Origin: Eledone cirrhosa
Lineage: Eukaryota
Reading direction: 5' to 3'
Length of the DNA: 64,000 nucleotides
Assembly: GCA_964016885.1 (NCBI GenBank)
Contig: OZ024745.1
Span: 62,062,001 to 62,126,000 of the forward strand
The notes beneath the pieces are model-generated. The model did no database searches, was not told where the DNA came from, and was given only the letters and a program-made list of their open reading frames with translations. The position numbers and the translations under genes were made by a program. Shown here piece by piece: positions 1-12,871 of the stretch; positions within the stretch are counted from its first letter, which is position 1, and each line of letters starts with the position of its first letter.

Positions 1-479
1 GTTTGTATCCTGAAATCCTACAACTCTTCTCAGTATAAGCTAAATGATTCAGGTACTTTTCCTACGATATCATGCCGCTATCCTTCATAATGAGTCTGGG
101 ATAGGTGTTTACATGCGGATGCGAGGTGAGCAACAGTTCACAGATGCTACAGAGTGGGCTAGCTTCCTCAATGTCAATATGATGTTTCACCCTCTTTGTT
201 CTAAGGGATTGTGTCTAAAAGACTGTTTGAAAGTTATCTAGATGATGTCAAACATTTTTTTTTAAAATTTATAAGCAAAGATAGCTCTAGCGTTCAGACC
301 TTAAACGCACTCTTTTATTAAAAGTGAATATAGAAACGAAGAACTGCATATATATCACATCACTTTGCACCCAAACAAAAAAACAAAAAAATAAAAAAAC
401 AAGAAAACAAAAAAACAACAACAAAAAAAACAAAAAAAACAAAAACAAAACAGAAACAAAAGGAAAATACAAAAATGTA

Positions 480-720
480 AAAAGGACAAAAATATATGCA
501 AGTTAACATGGTTTTTCAATGAAGGCAACATATTTGTGGTCAAATAACTTCTTAGAAAACATTTTAAGTTGTTACCCACTCAACAGAATTTCGTATCGAA
601 ATCCTACGATTGTAAGAAAAACCGGTACAATAATAGACTATTTGACTAAGCTATATAGCAATATTACACATGTAACAAATAAATTATTGATAGAATATAT
701 TACACAAACCCGAGAATGAA
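480..720 (+). pseudogene. Highly degenerate Penelope-like element fragment (post-RT region)
   Basis: The translation LENILSCYPLNRISYRNPTIV, preceded by TWF, resembles the recalled PLE motif (I/W)WFNPP...LIDKHFP..HPLHKIFNRNT. It is collinear with the endonuclease fragment at ~1700. Confidence 0.3.
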
Positions 721-944
721 TAACTATTTCATTTATATGAAACAAGATTGCAAACCACAAAATTTATGTCAGGAAGCTAATGTTTATGTTGAAATTATTA
801 AAACATATGGCAGTCTCATTTTGCTATTAATTTTATGATTGCAAATACTTGGTATAATAGAATTGTGTTCTAGCTTTAATAACGCATCGTCACCGTAGTC
901 ATACACACGCAAATACACACAAATACACGAACACACACACATAC

Positions 945-1007
945 ACATCACATCACACAAACACACACACATATATGTATGTACATATATATATATATAC
1001 ATATGTT

Positions 1008-1100
<93 letters not shown>

Positions 1101-1281
1101 AGGTAATGAATTCTTTTACAATGGAATCAGCTCGAATATATATATATATATATATACAGATGTGTTGGTATCTGTGTTTCATCACATACATATTAATTTA
1201 TATATATATATATATATGTTTATATATATACATATGTTTATATATATATATATATACATATGTTTATATATATATACATAT

Positions 1282-1362
<81 letters not shown>

Positions 1363-1370
1363 TATGTATA
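945..1370. repeat. (CA)n/(TA)n microsatellite field
   Basis: Long TA runs seen directly. The YIYI ORFs are artefacts of these runs. Confidence 0.95.
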
Positions 1371-1699
1371 TCATACATAAGAACATTTGTCACCAATATC
1401 CATAACATCTCAATGAAAAGATGGTTTTAATGTATCTAAGCATACACATATACAACATCTTGTACAAAGTCAACAAAAATTGATCTGTAAGTCTATGTGT
1501 AATACTCAGCTATAGCTTCACTAAACATAGAATAGAATATATTGCCAGCAAATATATCAATCATAGTATTGCTAGATGTCTACTGTACGACTCTTGCAAC
1601 GTGCGCCCTAACCCAGGTACCCCTAACCCAGGTACAAACCTTGGCATAGGTCATCTACGAATTCAAGTAAAACATTTCTAAACGTAGGAATCCATTTTA

Positions 1700-1870
1700 G
1701 GTCCACGGTACAATTTCAGAAGTGCAACACAACGTACAAAATAAATGGAACATCCTGGAAAGATGTAGCTCATATTCCAATAGGTCAAGGAAATGTCGAC
1801 ACTGTACAGCCGAGAGACTACACATATTTCTTGTGCTAAACAAAAAGAAGCTTTTCTTGCTCAATATGCA
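1700..1870 (+). pseudogene. Penelope-like GIY-YIG endonuclease C-terminal fragment
   Basis: NKWNILERCSSYSNRSRKCRHCTAERLHI matches the recalled PLE C-terminal pattern IKW.IL....Y.N.SK.C.LC..EK..I. Confidence 0.55.
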
Positions 1871-2033
1871 AGTCTTCATGCAATCACATTTCACATTGCA
1901 CATTGGATAGTTTCCTCACATCCGTATACATTTAAACACCAAATACTCTCGATATTCACAACACATATATGAATCTTAGCGTGACCACGCCTGTGTATTA
2001 TATTAAATTATTCATTTTAAAATATGATCTTTC

Positions 2034-2393
2034 TTAACAATGCAAGCTGTAGATTGTGGAAGTTGTAACTGCTACTGCTAGAACGCTGAGCGTCAGCGGA
2101 TAGCTCTCTATTTCGTTAAGTTGCGTGTTGTCTTGGAATTCCAAAACCTTAACATCGTGAAGAATTGCAATGCATATACTAGCAGGATTGTCATTTTCAC
2201 AATGAAATATGCCGAAATGAAGCACTTCTTGAAACAATGGGGCACAGGCGAAGTATGTTAATATCGGGTCAATACGTTTTATAACTACCTCCTCCACGTT
2301 AATTCCCACTGCATTCAACCTGATTAGAACTAGCGGACGGGGTATTATGGAGATCATATGCAGGCACAGTATTACCGAGAAAGTGCATAACAC
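2034..2393 (-). pseudogene. Degenerate Tc1/mariner transposase fragment
   Basis: RPLVLI..LNA...IL....IFH.EN.....L.DVKVLEF....QLNEIE loosely follows the Tc1 C-terminal pattern GPLV...LNA..Y..IL...FQQDNA...VL.WP..SPDLNPIE. Confidence 0.35.
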
Positions 2394-5029
2394 AAATATA
2401 TTGAGGTAATGTCCCTAAAGCTCTTGCACTCATTCATTACCAAAATACTTTTCTTGTGATGTTATATTGAACACTTGTTACGTGTATAACATATCATGCT
2501 GTGAAAATCGTTGTCTTTATGTTTTCTGTTTGCTGTATTTGACAGGTTTAATATAATTGAAGATAAGACATTTGTCGTCTGTTTTGTCACTAAAAAAACT
2601 TCAAAAAATTGAAAAGAAAGTTTGTGGTGGAAAGGGAAATGCTGCTATCCTGTGAATGTAATTAAAAACAGATGAAAGTGATAACAGTAGCTTAGATGAT
2701 TGGTCAGACTATGGACATGTAGTAATAGTATTACGTATAGTAATATCCAGTTGGAAACTGTCTGTTCCAATTAGTTTTCAATCAATCGTATTGGTAGGAT
2801 ATTTCAGTTTGTGACTTTGGTGTATTCTGTCCGCAGATTTGAGACTGAACTCGGATCTCCAACGAGCAGATGTGATAATGTTATTTTGAAATAGTTCCTT
2901 TCTCATAGGAATATGACCCATTTGCATTATCAATTCTTTTATCAGTAACATCATATTTGTATTTATCTTATATTGGCCAATCAGTTGTTTTTAATATTGA
3001 AGATGGTTACATAACATAAGTATCTCAAATATTACAAAGAGTGGTATGCTATGCATTTTTGTTTAGCAATTATGGCTTACAAGCTTTTTTGCGTGCCGTT
3101 CAACTGTTTGTTTCTTCATTAGTCTTCATATTTTTGGCGAGTTTGGACATTAATGCTATCTTCTGTAATTTGCCGGATCATCGCCATTAACTTTACAACC
3201 ATACATCACTTTCAGATGCCAATATTCTCCTTTAGTAAGGTATTATTAATTTTCAAATAAGCGCTGAACCACCTGATATGTGGTATATACGTCAATGTTT
3301 AGTAACAAACGAAATATTGGTGTGTAGTAAAGGGCTCTCTAATGTTCTTATTTGTAGGAATCAATTATACCTAGCTCAAATCAACTTGCCAGATATAATT
3401 TCCTTAAATCACACTCTACTACCATTTTAAGTGAGAGGATTGTAATTCGCAAAATATATTCCAATCTCTATCTCTATTCAGTGTGTTATTAAGAAATTCT
3501 TTTATTCAACTATATTTCGGCTGTCTTCAGTAAATATTCGGAAAAATCTGTGATTACATCCTTGTAAGTAGTTCCTTGCGCTTAAGGTGTTTAGTTTATA
3601 ATATGGCTAGTCATTTTGTATTAACTCCCTTGCTGAGTAGATGGAAAATGTTTCCTGTCAATATCACGTTTAAATTGTGATATACAAAGCCTGTTCTGGT
3701 TTATCTCTCGTTTAATTTGCTAATATTTTTGATTTAATTTATTGTTTCTACTCATTTTATTCCCATTATGTCTAATTACTAGGATAGCAGGTGTAGTTAC
3801 ACAATGTATTTTCGAGTAAGTTGTTTTTATTTAATTCTGTTTCTATGCAAATCCAGCATGCTTATGCTAATATGTTTCAAGAAATATTTCTATAAATGTG
3901 TATAGTTGTATATTACCTGTTCTATTTACTTAATTTCCCTGATGTCTATGCTGATGTTATACTTCTTTTGTTACTCATTATAATTATATTGCAGTTAATG
4001 TTCTGAGATGTTTTGTCTTTACAATTACTTCATACTCTCTAAAGGAGCAATCATACATTTCATACACTGTGGCTTTGCTTCATATATCTATCTGATTTAA
4101 TTATATTTCATATAATATTATTTTCCCTTACTTCAGTACCCAAATAATTTCTGTATATTTCATACTATTGAGAGGGAATTGTTTCTTATAATATATTTTA
4201 AACTGTGTGCATTTGAGTTCTAAAACGTCGCTTGTTTAACTTCACACCATCCCGCTTAGAGCAAGTCTATGTCCAATGGTACAACAGCTATGATTATACC
4301 AACTGTGTTTCTGATATAATGCACTTACGATTAAATTATCTTCTTTTAATGTTGGTAGAATGTAATTATAATGCGATTGGCAGGTCTCTCTAGAGAATAT
4401 TTGGAAGTCTTTGCCTTTGCTCAAGAAAACATGTTCTATTCAAGTATAATATAGTAACTGAATAACTGATTTATGTTGATATCTAACTCCCGAAGATGCC
4501 ACCTGGATCTAAAATATCTCTTAACACACAATTATTTGGGAAATTTACTGAGGATACCTTATGATTAGGTTTCTTATATTCTTAGTGATTTACTTCTAAT
4601 TACGTTAAAACTATTTACAATCGCTTCCTATACACCGGAACAGTTTTAATCAAAAGTGGAAACATTGTTTTGCCTTGTGAAGGATACATTAAAATAAAAT
4701 TATCATTCGTATATTGTTCAAATTACATGAATGGTAGAAATAATGAGTTCCACTTTGGAAGTACCTCTCTGTACCATATTTAAAATGATGCTCAGTATGA
4801 CTTTTTTTTTTCCGAAGTAGAAAAGTAAAATATGAGTCGTTAGCAGGGGTCGATATAATCGAATACTATCTCTGCAAAAATGGCAAACATGTAGGGTTTT
4901 GTATATATCATGGATACCAATCAAATGTATTGTAGTATATATTAAATATTTTCATACATAAGGAAATAGTTGAAGACTAGAAAATATATCCTTGCAAAAA
5001 AACACACATACATCGCTTAATCGTGTATG

Positions 5030-5033
5030 CCTG

Positions 5034-5115
<82 letters not shown>

Positions 5116-6017
5116 AATGAAGTAATTCCGTCGGAAAAGTCCAGGAAAAAAGAGTGCTCTATGTAGGTAACAGAGCTTAATAGTTATGTAATAAACAACA
5201 TAAGGCAATTATTTCATTTACCAGTGGTTTCTTAAAAGCAAAAATATTTTGCTTTCAATCATCAGAATGAAAAAATCCTGGTGTATTTATTGACGTTGGA
5301 TTTAAAAAAAAAAATGCAATCTATATGAAAGTGAGGCTGGAAAAGGAAGAAGGAAAGGAAAAATAAAATAAAAAACACACATGCAAACACACACACACAA
5401 TTATATACATACACACATATGTATATATATACATACACACATACATACACACACATATATACACATACACACACATATATATGTGTATATATATACATAC
5501 ACATACATATACACATATATACATACCTAAATATCGACATATCCATACATACACATACATATATACAACCACACACACACATATACATATATATATATAT
5601 ATACACATACATATACATACAGATATACATACACATAGATACATACATACACACAATCATACGTATATACACACGTACATACATACACATACATACACAC
5701 ATATATACATGCATACATATGCATGCACAAAAATAGATAAATATACACACACCTCTACATACTCACACACACAAATAAATATAAGAAAAAATATATAATA
5801 ATAAAAAACATAAAAATGAATATAAAGACTATTATAATGTTGACAACGATACAGGCGACAAATAAATGAACAAACACACGTGGTAAGCAATACACACAAA
5901 TGCACGTACACATACATACGTAAAAATAAATACATACACACACTCTCACACATAAATATACATATACAAATACATAAACACATACATACCCATACACAAT
6001 TACATACACACACATAT

Positions 6018-6093
<76 letters not shown>

Positions 6094-6432
6094 GTATTGA
6101 AACTTGCAAACTTGACTGTCACCACATATTATGAACCTGAAGATTGCGAAAGCATGAAAGTACTTGTTCAATTAACACTTAGAATTTAATATTCTATCAT
6201 ACTATTTCATTATAATACCATTATAAATTTTAAAGGATTGTAAATAAAACGAGTAAATCAGACAAAGTTGGAATTCCTCTTATTAATATATATATACACA
6301 TACATACATAACCATACAAATATACACATACATATACATACATATCACAAACACATACATACAAATACAAACACACACATATATATGTGTGTAAAACTCA
6401 TTCTTAGATAATTCATATGAACCTTATTTAAC

Positions 6433-6518
<86 letters not shown>

Positions 6519-6760
6519 GCACATATATACACATACATACATACTCACATACACATATATACCTACACACACATATATACCTACACACACAAATATACAT
6601 ACACATACGTATGAATACGTACATACACACACACATATACATATATAACTAAATATATATATATATATGAGAAAGAACATAAATATTATATATATATATA
6701 AAAAATAAATATTGTATATATAAAATAAATAAATATTGTATATATAAAAAAAAAATATTG
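5030..6760. repeat. Compound (TA)n/(CA)n/(TACA)n microsatellite region
   Basis: Seen directly. Confidence 0.9.
6132..6170 (+). ncRNA. Minimal type I hammerhead ribozyme (PLE-type)
   Basis: tgaac-CTGAAGA-t-tgc-GAAA-gca-t-GAAA-gtac-TT-gttca: perfect 5-bp stem I, 3-bp stem II with a GAAA loop, and palindromic stem III (AGTACT). Predicted cleavage after 6165. Confidence 0.7.
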
Positions 6761-6765
6761 TATAT

Positions 6766-6960
6766 ATAAAAATAAAAATAAAAATAAAAATAAAAATAAA
6801 AATAAAAATAAAAATAAAAATAAAAATAAAAATAAAAATAAAAATAAAAATAAAAATAAAAATAAAAATAAAAATAAAAATAAAAATAAAAATAAAAATA
6901 AAAATAAAAATAAAAATAAAAATAAAAATAAAAATAAAAATAAAAATAAAAATGAAAATA
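6766..6960. repeat. (ATAAAA)n hexanucleotide tandem repeat, about 32 units
   Basis: Near-perfect repeat seen directly. Confidence 0.95.
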
Positions 6961-7206
6961 CAAAGTTGGGAATACGACAAATAATTAATTAAAAAATATA
7001 TATTTAGAAAAGGGTATAAATGCTTATAGCAGATTTAGAGCACTCAACAAGTTCCTGGAGCAAAAGATCAATGAAAATAATCATTAAATCACTATATGTA
7101 ATGATGCATATACATACACCCTTATACATATATACATATACACACATATATATATACACACACACACACACACAATCACAGAAATACACACACACATACA
7201 ATTACG

Positions 7207-7238
<32 letters not shown>

Positions 7239-7403
7239 TAGGAAAAAGTCTGACTCCACGGCAGAGTTCAAGCCTTTTCTGAGGCTATTATATATATACA
7301 CACAAAACCATTATATAAAAAAATATACATATATACGCACAAATATACACACGCCCATACACACACATTAAATCTATCTATATATATATATATATATATA
7401 AAA

Positions 7404-7447
<44 letters not shown>

Positions 7448-7451
<4 letters not shown>

Positions 7452-7610
7452 CAAGTACGATTTATTAAAAATTCATTACGTTTATTGATTGGTGACCCGC
7501 GTTTCGCTATTGATTAGCTCAAGGTTCGATCTCTATCGATTTGGCCCGACTCTTGACACAGGTTACCAATCAATAAACGTAATGATGGCTTAACAAATCG
7601 TCCCTGTATT
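7448..7610 (-). ncRNA. Type III-like hammerhead relic closed by a ~55-bp imperfect stem
   Basis: Minus strand: ...attggtaacctgt-GTC-[aagagtcg...tcgat agag atcga acctt]-GA-gcta-atcaa-tagc-GAAAC-gcgggtcaccaat.... The arms 7448-7502 and 7556-7610 are complementary, and the CUGANGA box is partly deleted. Confidence 0.5.
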
Positions 7611-7720
7611 GTTATATTACACTCTGTCTCGCTCTACACCTCGCCACTGACGCTGACGTTAAGCTAAACATCGAGTGCTCACCTGGGTGAGCTACAGTAA
7701 CTTCACGTTACACACCAAAT

Positions 7721-7893
7721 ACTATACACACACACGCAAACGCATGCGCAGAGAAGAAGACAAAAATAAATAAATAAATAAACAGATAAAATAAAAATGG
7801 CGTAGACATACAATACAGCAGTAGGAACATAATAGTACCACTGATGATATTGCAGATGTGCAATTGAAAATTAGAATTGGTACTCTGAAATAG
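7721..7893 (+). mobile_element. Penelope pseudo-LTR fragment with a degenerate hammerhead (7834-7884)
   Basis: Clearly homologous to 61671-61824, the 3' end of the Penelope element. Reads agtacca-CTGATGA-t-attgca-gatg-tgcaat-t-GAAA...tggtact. Confidence 0.75.
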
Positions 7894-7941
7894 CGATATA
7901 TATATATGAATGGAATTCTATAAGAATCCAACACACATAAA

Positions 7942-8030
7942 TTTCGGCAGAGAGGGAAAGTAGTGAGTTTTGATAAGTACCAAAAAGTACGAAACAGAGC
8001 TGTCAACTTATTTCCCCCTGTCTGCCGAAA
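7942..8030 (+). ncRNA. Type I hammerhead ribozyme, U3:A8 core variant, with extended stem I
   Basis: gtgagtt-TTGATAA-gtac-caaaaa-gtac-GAAA-cagagctg-TC-aacttat, with outer stem tttcggcaga..gggaaa / tttccc..tctgccgaaa. GUC triplet, cleavage predicted after 8004. Confidence 0.75.
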
Positions 8031-8070
<40 letters not shown>

Positions 8071-8074
<4 letters not shown>

Positions 8075-8579
8075 GTAATCTGAGTTTTTCGAATATTATT
8101 CGAAATAATATTCGAAAAACTCGGATTACATTTATTTTATTCAGTGCCATAGAGCGAAATTTTGTTTTTCTATTTGAACTTGGCAAAGCCGGCCATTTAT
8201 CGCTCGTATACAGGAAACTGACTGGCCAGTCTGCTGATATGCAAATCTGGCTGATCAGTGGATCTGCTAATATACAGATCTGACTGATCAGCCAGTCTGG
8301 TAATATGCAAATCAGGCCGATGAGTCTATATTTTCACTAGCTCTGACAGTTTGGCAGGTGAACAGTGAGCTGTACTGATGAAGGGTGATACCCAGAAACA
8401 TTAGTGTCTGCAGTTCTGTTCGAATGCCAACACAAAAGCAAGAATGAAGTGTTCATTCTACTGACATGTTTATAAAATTGAGGCTTGTTTGCATAATTGC
8501 AAACGAATCGAATGTTATTATTAATATTCGAAAACCTCAGATTACATTTATTTTATTCAGCCATGTAGAGCGAAATTTT

Positions 8580-8583
<4 letters not shown>
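8071..8583 (+). mobile_element. Non-autonomous PLE/retrozyme-like module in (TA)n
   Basis: 5' palindrome at 8071-8133, ~59-bp direct repeats at 8106-8164 and 8522-8580, an internal hammerhead, and TA runs on both sides. Confidence 0.65.
8360..8421 (+). ncRNA. Type I hammerhead ribozyme
   Basis: gaacag-t-gagctgta-CTGATGA-a-gggt-gat-accc-a-GAAA-ca-ttag-tg-TC-tgcagttc-tgttc. GUC triplet, cleavage predicted after 8408. Confidence 0.8.
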
Positions 8584-8610
<27 letters not shown>

Positions 8611-9988
8611 GCAGAATTCTAAGATGAGACATGTTTTTCAGCAAGTTATGTATAGTTCTGTATAGGATCCCTAAATTCATTCTTTGAGTAAAACTGAGGG
8701 AATTAGGTTCCGCTATTCGAACGTGGGATATATTAATGCTAAGATCTCAACTAATTGGTACATAGTCTATCAAATACGAACTGATATCAGCTGCTTCTAT
8801 ATAGAATTTACCATTGAGATTATCAGCTCTTGCAGAATTATTCAAACAATCATCGATTAGATCAGATACTCTTGCTGATAATACATATCCTACGTTTCCT
8901 TTGGCCGCTGGCTGTCGTCAGAAGTGCTGCAATTCAATTGCCTTTTTCTTCTGTCTATTATTTCTATTGAAACAGACAATGACAGGAAACCTAATCAACA
9001 CAACCTATATTACTATATTATCGCAACATCGACGTTATCCTATTATCTATTTTCAACATTTGAAAAGAGAAAACAATACTCAACGTGTGTACACCAATGG
9101 GAATTCTTACAACATTGCTAACAAAATTTATCCAGTTACCGATTATTTATCTATAACATACAGCGATTCTACTTTAACGAATTTGTAGCATTTGTTATTT
9201 ATATAATATAATGCAGTTTTTAAGCTCATATTACACCCGTGTTCTATCGCTTGTAACTTCTCAACAGTTCACCTAGAGGTTGAAACTCTGTGAAGCAGTG
9301 AATATGGGCAAAGGTATCTAGTATTTGTTTAAAGTAGTATTTATCTAATAATTGAACAATCCAAGAATATACTGGAAGTTAATTACGAAATAATTCTGAG
9401 CTTGTAAAACGAGACACAATCAATTTCTGTGTAACGAATACTGTTGTAAGTCTAGTATAATGTCGTACGTCTATAATCCACTGATTTAGACAATATGTTA
9501 ATAAGGCGCCAGAAAAAATAACATCATCCATGCTAAACTATTATTGTCCTAGTTTAGCTCAGACTGTTTCCAGTTTCTTCGGTTCTATATTTCTCAGGTC
9601 ACAAATGGTTTTAATCCCTCATCATATTATGAATATTGTAAAACCACAAAAAAGCAAGAAAGTATTGTATAATCTGTTGATAATCACTAATCATGAAGAC
9701 GTTGGCACACAGTGAGTTATTAGTAAATTACCGTTTCAAAAACAACAATATGACTGTTCCTAAAAGCAGTTCTAGTTTTAACTTCGTTAAAAGTTCTAAA
9801 GATTGGCAGAATAAATAAAGCGTCGATCGAAGTCAAATGTATTATATTTTCGAAATCTTCACCCTCATATCTTAGTGATATGTTTATCCTTGTTGCCTCA
9901 ATAAAGACAAAAATAATGTATCACTTAATTTTTCACTTAATTTTTCCTATCTCCCGAAATACCTGGACTTTTGCCTAAGTTATACAGA

Positions 9989-10057
<69 letters not shown>

Positions 10058-10213
10058 AGATGAATATAAAATGAAAGTGCTTTTATAAAGGAATTTATTA
10101 GGTATTGACATATGTTTTTGTAACAGACGGAATACCTATGTATCGCTGCTTGCGTAATCATATAATGTTAGTAAGTATTCGATAGCACATGTATAATCAG
10201 TTGTCACTTCTTC

Positions 10214-10287
<74 letters not shown>

Positions 10288-10849
10288 ATGTGTGTGTGTA
10301 GTAATAAGAAACCCTCAGGAGAACTGGGAGCAGAAGGTCTTCAAAGAAGAAACCCCTCCTCAAGCGAGTGTTTCGACCCTTAACGTCTTACATACAACGG
10401 GTGCTAGGCCGCATCCAGGCTATATATATTTATGTATTTGAATTTCAAGGTTTCAGATGTGAAATCTCGTGTTGAAACTAAATTTGTTATATTTAGGCAT
10501 GGATATTTCGCCAATAAAAACATACACACTATTTTATTTTTATTTTATTATTATTAATCAGGGGTATCTTGTCACAGGGTTTTGGTAACATACACAGTGA
10601 TCTCATTAATGAATATGTGTATCTCCCCTTTTTTCTCCGTTCCCCCAATACCTAAAACAGGAGAGGACAAAGCGAAAAAGATCATTTTGCTATAAGCCCC
10701 GAGCATTCCAGCTCTAGGGCAGGGTACAGTAAGGTAGGCATATTTTTAGGTAAACTTTCACTTTCAGACATGTGTTTGCAATAATACAAATTTACCTTAA
10801 ACACATGACGATTTTGTAACAGTGTTATTTCTACCAAGCGTATGATACC

Positions 10850-11130
10850 TTGATCCACAAATGTTGACCTGTTATCCGTGAAATACTAGGATCGACTTTT
10901 AAATTAATTTTATGGAAAACTCCAGATTGTTTTGCCAAAACTTGAAGCTGAACGTTTACATGATCTCGATTATTACTGGAGTATATATATGGTATATTAA
11001 AATGTGCACTAGCAGCGGAGGTGGATATAAATACGTTTTCTTTGGGTTGATTGGATGATATACATGCTTTCTGATAAGGGTCCAATCAGATTCGAACATC
11101 GATTAAAGGGGTATATTATTTTTGCAACTT
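10850..11130 (+). pseudogene. Possible degenerate Tc1/mariner-type transposase 3' remnant
   Basis: catgatctcgattattactgg...atatgg loosely recalls the SPDLNPLDY..W motif. No open frame remains. Confidence 0.2.
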
Positions 11131-11321
11131 ACAGGGAAATTCCTATTTTCTGGCATGTTTACATGCCTACATATTAGATATGTGTATATATTTATACACG
11201 TTGGTGCAGTCTCGTTTGCACACTTTATATTTATAAAGACATAACGTTATCATACACTTCGGCTGTAGCGCTATTCTTAATATATATATATATACATATA
11301 TATATGCACAAACACGCTCCC

Positions 11322-11456
<135 letters not shown>

Positions 11457-12504
11457 GAAGCAAAGAGAGTGCGGTATATGAATAATTGAAAGAACAAGAA
11501 ATGCGATGGAAAAGAGAAGACCGAATACGAGAATGAGTAAAGAGTCTTAGAATTGTAATTCGGACACTGTCATACAATATCCGGCTGGATATCGAAATGC
11601 AAATAGGTGAGGAAAATTACCGGGAGAAGAAATAAATTCTCGAGGTGAATTAATGGAAGTAATCTGAAAAGAAAGAAAAGCGAGACTCAGACTATGTTAA
11701 GAAAATAAGATTAACTGGATGGTGGGATATGTAATAGTAGAAGAATCAAAAGAAAAGCTTGAAGAAAGAAGAGCAACTCAAATGCCCAGGAAACCCAAGA
11801 AAGTATGTGAATTGCATGAGATAGCTATTCGATGCGTATTGCCGAAAGAAATGAAGAAAATTCTATCAACGGAAGACAAAGAAATGCAGATATTACATTC
11901 GTAATAAAAGAATTGCACGAGTTCAAAATAATATAGTTAGCAACAATATTTTTGGAATTGAACCTGTACTGCTTTATGCTTTATTGAAGTGAGACTATGA
12001 CAATTGTTTTCCAATATTGTAGCGCCAACATCTTTTTATCAACGGGTAGTTCAGATGATGAAATCAATAACTGCTGCCATGTAGGGAAAATAATATTGCC
12101 TAACATTTTCTTCGCAATATAATGAATAAGGCAAATGATAATAATAATTATGCAACATCAAAGATATTACATCTAACAATTCAGAATTCTCCTTGCTTCA
12201 TTGTGTCCTCATATATTTAATACTTGGTGTTGAGGGACAATCCACCAACACACGAGAAATAAGCCTCCTACCCATAATACATTTAAAAAAAAATATTTTT
12301 ACTTCTTTCGTTCATTAGACTTTTATCACATTAGGCTTACGGAACTCAATCAATCATATAGAGCCTAGTAACTATATTTTTAAGGAGCTAATTTTTATCG
12401 ATCGTGGTTTGTCGAATTGTAAGTGCATATCCCATATACGAACAGTAAATTTAAACACATACACATACATACAAACACATACATACAAACACATACACAT
12501 ACAT

Positions 12505-12795
12505 AAAAAAAGTCTAAAGTCCTGTCTTGAGCAAGAACGCTCATTTGGCCGGTGCTTATCCCAGTTTCATGGCGTGAAGCGACTGAGAGTACAGACCCCA
12601 CCCCCTCCTGGAAAGGACGCCAGTCCATCGCAGGGTTAAACCTCCATCTATTGCTGGTACTCATTTTCAACTGAGTATACTGGAGCAACGTGAAATGAAG
12701 TGTTTTGGTCAAGAACACAACACGCAACCTAGGAATCGAGTCCACAACATTATGATCGTAAATCCAACATCCTTACCACTAGGCCACGCGCCTCC
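12505..12795 (-). mobile_element. tRNA-derived SINE with V/Meta-SINE-like body
   Basis: Minus strand has A box TGGCCTAGTGG, B box GGACTCGATTCC, and body tgttgtgttcttga..aaacactt..ttgctccagt..aaccctgcgatggactggcgtcc..gtcgcttca..gaaac.gggataagc. Family assignment is from recall. Confidence 0.8.
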
Positions 12796-12871
12796 ACCAC
12801 ACATACATATAATAATATATATATATATATACATACGTACACACACTCACGCACATATATATAATAATACT

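Noticed and set aside
1606-1635. ccctaa telomere-like motif twice
   Set aside because: A single 15-bp tandem duplication (ccctaacccaggtac), not a telomeric array.
3500-3540. Partial hammerhead boxes here and at 8888-8930 (-), 10175-10216 (-), 10365-10400 (-), 32028-32090 (-), 37300-37338 (-) and 58435-58500 (+)
   Set aside because: Each lacks a stem or core nucleotides. They are plausibly old PLE relics but cannot be distinguished from chance by eye.
6766-6960. (ATAAAA)n as a functional poly(A)-signal array or element tail
   Set aside because: No adjoining element or gene; best treated as a simple repeat expansion.
784-7241. Many ORFs with YI/HT/VC/FI repeats, here and throughout the window
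   Set aside because: They are translations of microsatellites with no coding signal.
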